From positions 96,001 to 160,000 of the forward strand of contig OY970209.1 of NCBI GenBank assembly GCA_963713855.1: a stretch of DNA of 64,000 nt, in the 5' to 3' direction. The DNA is from an uncultured bacterium. GTDB taxonomy: Bacteria > Babelota > Babeliae > Babelales > Babelaceae. Under the pieces are notes generated by a model that did not search any database, had not been told where the DNA came from, and saw nothing but the letters and a program-made list of their open reading frames with translations. The translations under genes and the position numbers were made by a program. Below, one piece after another: positions 53,691 to 62,469 of this stretch; within the stretch, counting starts at the first letter, position 1; each line of letters opens with the position of its first letter.

Positions 53691-54743
53691 TTAGCCAACC
53701 TGCGGCTTTATCGGTTGTGGTAAAGCAGTAGGTTGCGTTGACTGTTCTACAGCCTTCTTTTTACGTTTTTGAACGTAATCCTTATTAACTACTAGTTTAT
53801 ATTTTTCTTTAAGTTCGGCCAGCTTTTTCTCATGCAGCTCATTAAATTTCTTATTTTTAATGACGTGTTGGACTGCTTCTTTGACAGACTCGAAATCGGC
53901 ATACTTAGGCTCTTGGCGGCTTAATAGCTCTATGACACGATACTTGTCATCTGAGCCTTTTACGATTATTATCGTCGGCAAGGTCGCTTTATTTTCAAGA
54001 ATGACGTCTTTTACCGTCTCGTCTAAAAAGCTGCTTCTATTAACAAGGCCATAGTCAACCACGTGCTTATTAGCTTCTTTAGCTACTTGAGCAAAAGTAC
54101 TTGCGCGGGCTTTTTGAGCAAGCTCACCAGCTTCTTTCTCATCTGATACCTCAAAACCCTCAGCCTTTATACCACCAGCCGTTATTAGAAAGGGAGGCTG
54201 CTGAAGCATAGGTTCGGTACTGCGCTCCTGATAGAACTTCTGAGCTTCAGCATCACTGACCGTGACTTCTTTAAGAACCTGATTTTCAAAGGCCCTTAAA
54301 GCCAGGTCTCCATCAACTGCCTCGTGAATCCGAGAAGCATTGCGGACGTATTCAGGCTGATGGTCAAGGCCCGTATCATGTACCCAGTGCATCATAAGCT
54401 CTTTTATGGCCTTGCCCTCGATAATGCGTCCAAATATTTCATCTTGTTGGTCCTCCGGAATAAGAGGCATAAGCTCTTTTATAGAAGGCTCCGTCTGCAT
54501 CATCAGCAGGATATCTCTTTCAGTATCTTCTCCAGTTACTACTGGTTTTTCGTTTAAAGAAACGACCGTTTCACGAAGCAAAACAGGATCATATCCTTCA
54601 AGTTTTACGTCTTCATGCGCGTGAGGGCAACCGCACGAAGCATTTTTGACCATTTTCCACGGCCAGTAATCACAACCAGGTAGCAGCGCAATTGCTGACA
54701 GTAACAGTACATGACTTAGAAAATAACGTGAACGCTTTATCAT
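53691..54743 (-). CDS. PpiC/PrsA-like foldase lipoprotein
   Basis: Lipobox LPGC; VSDAEAQKFY, FAQVAKE, FESVKEAV. Confidence 0.65.
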   Translation of the reverse strand: MIKRSRYFLSHVLLLSAIALLPGCDYWPWKMVKNASCGCPHAHEDVKLEGYDPVLLRETVVSLNEKPVVTGEDTERDILLMMQTEPSIKELMPLIPEDQQDEIFGRIIEGKAIKELMMHWVHDTGLDHQPEYVRNASRIHEAVDGDLALRAFENQVLKEVTVSDAEAQKFYQERSTEPMLQQPPFLITAGGIKAEGFEVSDEKEAGELAQKARASTFAQVAKEANKHVVDYGLVNRSSFLDETVKDVILENKATLPTIIIVKGSDDKYRVIELLSRQEPKYADFESVKEAVQHVIKNKKFNELHEKKLAELKEKYKLVVNKDYVQKRKKKAVEQSTQPTALPQPIKPQVG

Positions 54744-54827
54744 AAGTGCCTCAATGTTTATTGAATAATAGGTCCTGTTTACGCTGTGTAGCGTATCACA
54801 GAACTTTACATACTGCAAAAGCGGTAG

Positions 54828-55475
54828 CTAGACCGCTCTACAAGCAACAACAGCAGAAAGGCTATTAAGCTCTAAATGTTCTAATGCCTCTGCTGCTGCT
54901 CGAAGCGTTGACCCAGTCGTTACAAGGTCATCAACCAAGATTATGCTTTTCGATTGCCAGTGCGCTCGCATGGCATTACTCATAAAAGCACCCGAACTAT
55001 TTTCATGCCTTTGTAAAATCGTCAAACCCGACTGAAAATCTGTCTCTTTTGGCCGTAAAAGTAAGGAAACTACAGGTATCTGCCACGCTTTTGAAAGCAC
55101 ATGGGCTATGGTAGAAGCCTGGTTAAAACCCCTTGCAGCATACCGTTTCCAATGAAGTGGAATCGGCACTAAAGCATCAGCTTTCTGGAGCTCTAATTGC
55201 TCGGCCATTAAAATACCAAGATGCTCTGACGCCGCTTGCACCCCAGAATGTTTTGCAAGAACAAAAGTTTTTAAAGGCTCTTTATATGCTCCAAGAGAAG
55301 ATACCTGCATCACCTTACCGCTAGAAATCGGGATGCAAAACGGAAGCGTGCCTTCTATAGCGTTCTTACATACTCCACATAAAGGCGTATCCTTTTTTGT
55401 CAACGCGTGACAATAAAAACAGACATAAGGCAAAAAAGCGTCCCTAAAACAGGCAACTAGTGATTCAAGCATCAT
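54828..55475 (-). CDS. comF: ComF-family competence protein (phosphoribosyltransferase fold)
   Basis: CxxC..CxxC, VPIPLH...RGFNQ, LVDDLVTTGST. Confidence 0.88.
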   Translation of the reverse strand: MMLESLVACFRDAFLPYVCFYCHALTKKDTPLCGVCKNAIEGTLPFCIPISSGKVMQVSSLGAYKEPLKTFVLAKHSGVQAASEHLGILMAEQLELQKADALVPIPLHWKRYAARGFNQASTIAHVLSKAWQIPVVSLLLRPKETDFQSGLTILQRHENSSGAFMSNAMRAHWQSKSIILVDDLVTTGSTLRAAAEALEHLELNSLSAVVACRAV

Positions 55476-55930
55476 TAAAATGGGTTGAAAAAAGCATAAC
55501 AAGAGCACCGACCACAATAGCAACATCAGCTGCATTAAAAAGCGTGGGAAATTGCCATTGGCCAAGAGCCACGCTGCAAAAAATCCACCACGGCACCATA
55601 CCAAACTCTGTCGATCAAGTTACTCACAGCCCCTGCAAGAATAAGGACCTCGCCAAAGAGAGTTTTGTGCGTTTTATAGCGCTCATACGCATGGACGCAT
55701 AAAGCGAGTATAATAAACGCCAAACCAATCGAGAGCAAAAACCAGGAGAGCCACGTCCTTGCTTGAAACATCCCCCAAGAAATGCCTTTGTTATAAAGAA
55801 GCTCGCATGTCAGGCCCGGAAATAATGTACGAGGAGAGGCACAGTAATAAATAGCCGCCAGTTTTGATAATCGGTCAATAAGGAAAATACTGATAAAAAG
55901 TAACAAGTACCTTTCTATCTGGCTCTTCAT
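55465..55930 (-). CDS. lspA: Lipoprotein signal peptidase (apparent +1 frameshift in a T6 run near 55580)
   Basis: DRLSK, NKGISW, SNLIDR, VVDF, then FNAADVAI in the +1 frame ending at TGA 55465. Confidence 0.88.
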
Positions 55931-58242
55931 CGTATCGTTGCTCCTTTTTGACGTAATCGCTCAGAGACCCTACTACTTACCTCGTCGATTTCGTCTTTGG
56001 TTAACGTCTTATCAGCATCACACAGCCTGTAGCGTAATGTTATCGCGCGCTGGGCGAACCACTCCGAACGCTCATAATAATCAACAAGCTGTACATGCCT
56101 AATACGTTCATCCTCATTATATATCGCCCGTTCAAGCTCGCTCACGGTCATTTCTACTGGTATAAATATGCTGACATCAAGCTCAGTGCAAGGATACTTT
56201 AGCAATTGCTGTACCTGAACTCTCGGTTTTGCAAATTGTTTAAGAAAAGTACCATCGAGCTCAGCAATACAGGTAAAACCCGCAATCTCTTCTACTTTTG
56301 TAGATCCGATACCAACATAGCCTACATGCTGACGATCACAAAATAACGCAGCTATTTGGTTTGGGCTATACCAAAAAGGTATCTCTCCCGTAGGCTTTAC
56401 CCACTCAATAGATGCTCCAATAAGGTCGAATAAGGAAGAGACAGCTGCTTTAAATTCATAAAAATTGGGTTGCTGCGCACTGTGCCATATAAAGCTGAGT
56501 GAAGACCCTTCACGTATGCTCTCTTTTTCCAAAGACCATAGACGATTCCATTCAAAAAACCGTACATCGTGCGCCTGTGTTTTATTCATTGTTACAGCTT
56601 TAATAAGGTGCGGAACGAGCGAAGCGATGAGGCGCCGCGCGTTTTGCGATACTGGATTATTAAGCTCAATGTCTTGATCGGGTTTAAAGCCCAGTACACG
56701 TAAAAAATCTTCATCGTAAAAAGGGTAACTTGCTATTTCATGCATTCCAAGAGAAAACGCGCAATGATTTTTTAAAGCTCGTATACGATTTACTACATGA
56801 TTGTCAACAGGACGCATTAAGCGCGCTGGAACCGTTGCATGAATATTGCTGTAGCCAATTAATCGAGCAACTTCTTCAACGGCATCTTCGCGTAAGCGAA
56901 TATCGCCTTGCCTAAAAGTAGGTACCAAAATTGTATACTCTATTCCTGAAGAAAGAAATTTCTCTTGAACGCCAAATCCCAACTTAGAAAGCGTTGCGCG
57001 AACATCTTCTGGCAAAAGCGCGCTACCAATTTTTTTAGTAATATACTCATGCGTTACGGTAATGGTGCGTTCAACGGCGGGAAGGCCCAAAGAAACAATG
57101 TCCGGTGAACTATCAGCTTTAATACCCCACGCTTTAATAAGGTATAAAAAGCGCATAAGAGCAGTAACATTTTGATTCGGATCAAGACCTTTTTCAAAGC
57201 GCGACGAAGCTTCTGTTCTCTTTTTGTGTTCAATCGAACTGCGCCGTATGGCTACGGGACGAAAATGCGCACCTTCAACGACAATCCTGACACTTGAAGT
57301 GCGTACAGCAGCATAAGATCCCCCCATAACGCCTGCGAGCGCAAGCGGCTTTGTTGAATCTGCTATAACACAATCTTTTTCGTTAAGCTCAAGCACGGTA
57401 CCATCGAGTAATTCGATACGCTCTGAAGGCTTTGCCATGCGTGCTTTCAACTGAGCTTCCTTAATAGCAAGGCCATCAAAAGCATGCAGTGGTTGGCCAA
57501 GATCATACATCACATAATTGGTAGCATCGACGATTGCATTGACGGGTTTACCTCCAACCAGCACCAGGCGCTGTGCCACAAAAGGTATCGATGACACATT
57601 ACTAACGTGATTTAACGTGAGAGCTGCAAATCGATCGCATACTGGTTGAGCGTCAATGCGCAGCGTAAGACCGTCAATTACGCCAGTCTGCTCATAATTT
57701 TTAACTAAACGGGAAGCAATAAGTTGGTCTTCAGGCACGAGAGTTACTGAAAGCAATGCGGCAATTTCACGAGCAAACCCGCGGTGACCCCATAAATCAG
57801 GTCTGTGCGTAAGAGACTTATTGTCGATTGTTATAATGTAGTCCTCTTTTTGCAAAGAGGCCTTCCATAAGCCTTCTTTGTCCGATGCGGGAACATAAAG
57901 AGCCGGCATCAGGCCTTCTTTTTCGCCGTGAAAATCGAGCACAGTAGCATACGAAACTTTTTCACCTTCGCGGCGCACTAAATAAAGACCGTCCAAAACT
58001 GCATCAGGACGTAATGGCAAGCGTACCTCTTTTTGCATTTCCGGCATAAAAAAGAGTGCTTGACCCTTCTCTATGCTTTTAAGCTCAGCAAGAGCAAAGG
58101 CGCTTAAATCAAAAGAAACTTTACAATACGAATCAATTTCTGCTGTAGAGGTACTCAGTTTCTGAATGAGCTTATCTACGGACACATCCTGTAACCGCAC
58201 ATCAAGAATATGGTCAAAAATCCACGCAAGGGATAATTTCAT
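55927..58242 (-). CDS. pheT: Phenylalanyl-tRNA synthetase beta subunit
   Basis: HRPDL, VDATNYVM, LAGVMGG, RFEKG, EEVAR.IGY, FDX-ACB tail; pheS is not adjacent. Confidence 0.95.
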   Translation of the reverse strand: MKLSLAWIFDHILDVRLQDVSVDKLIQKLSTSTAEIDSYCKVSFDLSAFALAELKSIEKGQALFFMPEMQKEVRLPLRPDAVLDGLYLVRREGEKVSYATVLDFHGEKEGLMPALYVPASDKEGLWKASLQKEDYIITIDNKSLTHRPDLWGHRGFAREIAALLSVTLVPEDQLIASRLVKNYEQTGVIDGLTLRIDAQPVCDRFAALTLNHVSNVSSIPFVAQRLVLVGGKPVNAIVDATNYVMYDLGQPLHAFDGLAIKEAQLKARMAKPSERIELLDGTVLELNEKDCVIADSTKPLALAGVMGGSYAAVRTSSVRIVVEGAHFRPVAIRRSSIEHKKRTEASSRFEKGLDPNQNVTALMRFLYLIKAWGIKADSSPDIVSLGLPAVERTITVTHEYITKKIGSALLPEDVRATLSKLGFGVQEKFLSSGIEYTILVPTFRQGDIRLREDAVEEVARLIGYSNIHATVPARLMRPVDNHVVNRIRALKNHCAFSLGMHEIASYPFYDEDFLRVLGFKPDQDIELNNPVSQNARRLIASLVPHLIKAVTMNKTQAHDVRFFEWNRLWSLEKESIREGSSLSFIWHSAQQPNFYEFKAAVSSLFDLIGASIEWVKPTGEIPFWYSPNQIAALFCDRQHVGYVGIGSTKVEEIAGFTCIAELDGTFLKQFAKPRVQVQQLLKYPCTELDVSIFIPVEMTVSELERAIYNEDERIRHVQLVDYYERSEWFAQRAITLRYRLCDADKTLTKDEIDEVSSRVSERLRQKGATIR

Positions 58243-58338
58243 GCTTTAATACCCTTTATTACGCTCTAAAAAGCTCATTTATATACAGAATACGCAAAAA
58301 GCACAAAAGCAGCAACTTGATCAACCTTAGAGAACTTT

Positions 58339-58470
58339 AAAAAAACGAACTACGCGTTCAGCGGAAGGAGGCTAGCCTCCTTCACCTCAAGCAAGTATGG
58401 CGTTGCCAGTAGATAAATTTAAGACACGGCACGTGTCTTAAATTGCATGCAGCACTTCGTGCAAAAAAGG
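58339..58470 (-). repeat. Structured element C
   Basis: Homologous to 47755-47910. Confidence 0.85.
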
Positions 58471-58705
58471 ATAGCGAAAACCTAGAGCACATGACTTACG
58501 CTCTGAGGCGTTTGGATGTAATCAATTACTTAGCTCTTTTAAGAATGAGCTCTCCCAATTTTCTACTAGTGCTCACGTTCAGCTCATGAGCTTTTTTCAG
58601 TTCACCCTTCTCCCAAAAGAATTGCCGTACTAAACACGTGCTTTTTAAAAGCCTATGAAAATCGATCAGCACGTGTTATGATTTTCACAAACCTTAGGAT
58701 TTAAT

Positions 58706-59875
58706 ATGTTTTTAGAAAGAGATATAGCAGACCGCGTACGAAGCGGGGCGAGGAAAATGCCTATAGTAGCCATCATTGGCCCGCGACAATCTGGCAAAAG
58801 TATGCTTGTAAAAGAGTTATTCAAGAATCATAGGTATATAGATATGCAAGATCCTGAGCTTTCGGATTATGCAAACAAGGATCCTAAGGGTTTTTTAAGC
58901 ACTTTCAATACTGAGCATGGTCTAATTCTTGATGAGATACACTATGCTCCCAAGTTGCTTTCTCAATTAAAAATGGAGGTGGAAAAAAATTCGCGGCCGG
59001 GGTATTACATTCTTTTAGCACCGCATGATTTTTTTCTTGATGAAATTTTAAGCGAGTCTCTTGCAGGGATCATGTACCTCTATATATTACTTCCTCTTTC
59101 TATAAGTGAGCTTAAAAAATCACGGCTACTACTCGAGTGTGCGGAGGAACAGCTATTACATGGTTTCTACCCTCGTGTTTACGAATCAGCTATCGATACA
59201 CGTGAGTATTACGAACAGTATATCTCAGTGCGCATTGAGAGAGATATAAGGATGGTAAAAAATTTTGAAAAGAGCGTAGCGTTTAGAAGGTTTATACAGC
59301 TTTGCGCTCTTCGTATTGGCTCACCGATCAATTTCAGCGAGCTTGCACGGGATGCACGTATCAGCATTAATACTGCCAAGAGTTGGCTTTCTCTCCTTCA
59401 AACAAGCTTTACAGTATTTTTCCTTCCGTCTTACTATAAGAACCTGTCTCGAAGGATTATCAAGTCGCCAAAGCTGTATTTTTATGATGTTGGGCTTGCT
59501 TTAATGTTCCTGAACGCCAACAAGGAAACGTTTACAAAAAAACGGGACCTTTATGGTTCATTGTTTGAAAACATGCTCATTGCTGATGCTTTAAAAAATT
59601 GTCACAACCGCGGACTTGATTCGAGGTTATCATTTTTTAGGGATACGAATCAAAATGAGATCGACCTCATAATCGAATCAGCGAGCGTAACTGTACCGGT
59701 GGATATCACGGAAATAAAGAGCGTAGACAGTGTTTCTGGCACCTTAACATGGTTTATAAAACAAACAGGTGGTGATCAAAAACCCCTAGTTTTCTACGGC
59801 GGTGATCAAGAACTAGAGCTTTCAGGTTCCAAAGCTATGCCATGGAACTATATAGACTCGACGCTTTTTGTGTGA
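58706..59875 (+). CDS. AAA+ ATPase with DUF4143 domain
   Basis: GPRQSGKS, ILDEI, IERDI, KSPKLYFYDVGL, LFEN, EIDLI. Confidence 0.9.
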   Translation: MFLERDIADRVRSGARKMPIVAIIGPRQSGKSMLVKELFKNHRYIDMQDPELSDYANKDPKGFLSTFNTEHGLILDEIHYAPKLLSQLKMEVEKNSRPGYYILLAPHDFFLDEILSESLAGIMYLYILLPLSISELKKSRLLLECAEEQLLHGFYPRVYESAIDTREYYEQYISVRIERDIRMVKNFEKSVAFRRFIQLCALRIGSPINFSELARDARISINTAKSWLSLLQTSFTVFFLPSYYKNLSRRIIKSPKLYFYDVGLALMFLNANKETFTKKRDLYGSLFENMLIADALKNCHNRGLDSRLSFFRDTNQNEIDLIIESASVTVPVDITEIKSVDSVSGTLTWFIKQTGGDQKPLVFYGGDQELELSGSKAMPWNYIDSTLFV

Positions 59876-59963
59876 GCATTCGGGGCTTTAAATCTCGGAT
59901 TTGGGCTGTTAAAAAAGCGTATAAGTTATAGTATACTGGAAGCATAATTTAACTGAGTCCATT

Positions 59964-60884
59964 ATGGAAAAAATCATCCTTTATTACAAGTATGTACCTA
60001 TCGAGCATACGGACGTTATTGCCCTGTGGCAAAAAGAGCTTTGCCAAAAACTTGACCTTAAGGGGCGGATCATTATAGCTCCGGAAGGGATTAATGGGAC
60101 ACTTGGAGGCCAAGAATACGCTATAAAAGACTATCAAGCTGTTATGGCCGCTCATCCGCTTTTTGGCGACATAGATTTTAAAAGTAGCTCAGGCTGTCGT
60201 GATGATTTTCCTCGCCTACAAGTTTCTGTAAAAAAAGAGATTGTGCGGCTTGGTATAAGTCCTGAAACTGTTAGATCAGAAAACGCGGCCGTTCACTTAA
60301 GCCCCCAGAAAGCGCATAAGCTTATAGCAAAGAAAGATAAGCATCTTGTTATCTTCGATGCTCGTAATGTCTATGAATCTGATATTGGTGCCTTTGAGGG
60401 AGCGATAACTCCTGATATTAAAACCTTTAGAGAACTTCCGGGCTATATTGACGCTCATCTTGAGCTTTTTAAGGACAAGGATGTTCTTATGTACTGCACA
60501 GGTGGTGTTCGGTGTGAACGGGCATCTGCATATCTTGCTACTAAGAATGTAGCGCGCAGTATTACGCAAATAGCTGGAGGGATACATCGCTACTTAGAGG
60601 AATATCCGGAAGGCTTTTTTAAAGGTAAAAATTTTGTTTTTGACGGCCGTATGGCTCTTAAGGCCACCGATGACGTTCTTGGGCGCTGTAAAGAGTGTAA
60701 TCGACCATATGATATTCATAAGCCTTGTTCATATACCCATTGCCATGGACTTATATTGTTGTGCCCGGACTGTGCGAAAGTATCAGATAGCACCTGTAGT
60801 CCTTCGTGCAGCAGCCTAATTAGCCAAGATGGCACCAAAAAAAGGCCTGACACTCAAAAAACCGTTGGAGCCCATGGAATATGA
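59964..60884 (+). CDS. trhO: Rhodanese-domain tRNA U34 hydroxylase (UPF0176)
   Basis: LKGRI.IA.EGINGT, DARN.YE..IG.F.GA, YCTGGVRCE, FVFDGR. Confidence 0.88.
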   Translation: MEKIILYYKYVPIEHTDVIALWQKELCQKLDLKGRIIIAPEGINGTLGGQEYAIKDYQAVMAAHPLFGDIDFKSSSGCRDDFPRLQVSVKKEIVRLGISPETVRSENAAVHLSPQKAHKLIAKKDKHLVIFDARNVYESDIGAFEGAITPDIKTFRELPGYIDAHLELFKDKDVLMYCTGGVRCERASAYLATKNVARSITQIAGGIHRYLEEYPEGFFKGKNFVFDGRMALKATDDVLGRCKECNRPYDIHKPCSYTHCHGLILLCPDCAKVSDSTCSPSCSSLISQDGTKKRPDTQKTVGAHGI

Positions 60885-61822
60885 GTATCTGCATACAGCA
60901 CAATGTTTCTTTAGCAGAAAAGACGTGGTTTAGGACGGGTGGACCTGCCCGCTTTTACACGGAGCCGCGTTCGGCGGAAGAATTTCGGCGAGCGCTGACG
61001 CACGCAAAGCACTATGATTTACCGCTTTTCATTTTGGGAGAGGGAGCGAATGTCCTTATAAGTGATGAGGGGTTTTCGGGGCTTGTCATTAAACCTGGCA
61101 TTACCTCGCTTTCACACTTTTATACCGAGGAAGGAAGCTACGTAAAAGCGGGGGCTGGTGTAGCTTTTAGGGATTTAATCAGTTATTGCCTGGAACATGA
61201 GCTTATTGGTCTTGAAGAATTTAGTGGGATACCTGGAACTGTTGGCGGCTCAGTGTTTATTAACATACACTATTTTGAGTTTCTTTTAAGTTCTTTTTTG
61301 ACGCATGGGACGGTCATTGAAAAAGCGACAGGTTCTATTATATCTGTTGATCGTCCTTGGTTTAATTTTTCCTATAACTATTCGACGCTTCAGGAGGGCA
61401 AGCATTATCTTGTTGATGCTACATTTGCTTTAAAAAAGGGTTCACCTTTCGATGCTTTTTACGCCAAAGGGCGAAGTGATGAAATTGTTAGGCACCGGAT
61501 GCGTAGGTATCCGCTTGAAAGAACATGTGGGAGTTTTTTTAGAAACTTTTTTGAGCATGAGCTTCTAGAGAGCAAACACCCGCATAAAATCGTCCACGTT
61601 GCCTACTATTTCGATACCTTAGGCTTTAAGGGACAACTTAGCAGTGGTCATGCTTTTGTATCTCACAAGCATGCAAACATGATTGTAACGAACCCCCAAG
61701 CATCATCTAAAGATGTTATTAATCTTGCTCGCACGATGCAAACGCTGGTTCACCAAAATTTTGGTATTACTCCGCAACCGGAATGCGTACTTTTAGGCTT
61801 TAAAGAGCATCCGCTGCTATAA
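60881..61822 (+). CDS. murB: UDP-N-acetylenolpyruvoylglucosamine reductase
   Basis: GGPA, LGEGAN, GLEEFSGIPGTVGG, CGSFFRN, SHKHAN. Confidence 0.93.
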   Translation: MSICIQHNVSLAEKTWFRTGGPARFYTEPRSAEEFRRALTHAKHYDLPLFILGEGANVLISDEGFSGLVIKPGITSLSHFYTEEGSYVKAGAGVAFRDLISYCLEHELIGLEEFSGIPGTVGGSVFINIHYFEFLLSSFLTHGTVIEKATGSIISVDRPWFNFSYNYSTLQEGKHYLVDATFALKKGSPFDAFYAKGRSDEIVRHRMRRYPLERTCGSFFRNFFEHELLESKHPHKIVHVAYYFDTLGFKGQLSSGHAFVSHKHANMIVTNPQASSKDVINLARTMQTLVHQNFGITPQPECVLLGFKEHPLL

Positions 61823-61864
61823 AAGCGAACTATTAGTTATTATTATTTGTTCTCCAGAGAATCT

Positions 61865-62007
61865 ATCCGCCGAGGGCGGATTGCTATTGCCTCAAGAACA
61901 AATGTTCTTGAGGTATAATTTCAAGATTTAAATCAACGGGTGCAGGGCGCAGCACTGCCGCTCTACGCGGAGTAGCGCCCGCTGCGTAAGCGCGACTTTA
62001 GCTTTTT
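61865..62007 (+). repeat. Structured element D
   Basis: Stems at 61865-61881 and 61890-61913; CAACGGGTGCAGG...CTGCCGC shared with 345-372; two pentaloop hairpins at 61963-61975 and 61980-61992. Confidence 0.75.
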
Positions 62008-62469
62008 TTAAAATTCGGCCCATGATCCATCCTCGTACGCGGCGCGACTTACGTAGGTATGTGCGGCGATGGTTGTAGAAATGCGGTAGAAGCATGCCCC
62101 TTCTTTATTACTCAGGTAAACGGAGCCTGCATCGGTGTGTCCACTTGGGTAAAAAACTACTCGATCGTGGCTAAACGTAAGAGCTCTAGAAGATGGTGCT
62201 TTAAACATCACTGGATCTTGTAGGTGGTGTATCAGCCCATCTTTGACCTTATAGGCGTTTTGGTTTTTTAAAAACGTGAGCGTGACCTCTTTGTTGCTCG
62301 AGACTGCCTCCTGCTGGAGGGAAAGAAAAATGAGATAGAGCCTGTTGCAAGCCATTCGCACACGTAGTTCACCAAAAACTCGAAACGACACGGAGGTGCA
62401 AAACGCCAAAAAGCTAACAAGAACGCAAACAAGGACAAGCTCTAGGAGCATGAACCCTTTTCGCGCCAT
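62008..62469 (-). CDS. Minor pilin/pseudopilin (GspH/FimT-like)
   Basis: Class III signal KG|FMLLEL; VVFYPSG..AGSVYL. Confidence 0.75.
   Translation of the reverse strand: MARKGFMLLELVLVCVLVSFLAFCTSVSFRVFGELRVRMACNRLYLIFLSLQQEAVSSNKEVTLTFLKNQNAYKVKDGLIHHLQDPVMFKAPSSRALTFSHDRVVFYPSGHTDAGSVYLSNKEGACFYRISTTIAAHTYVSRAAYEDGSWAEF

Noticed and set aside
54828..55604. 258-aa ComF with hydrophobic N-terminal extension
   Set aside because: The extension overlaps the 3' end of lspA; the start is more likely 55475 or 55472.
58243..58470. T-box leader for pheT
   Set aside because: No T-box consensus (AGGTGGNACC) or specifier stem; the same element precedes atpB.
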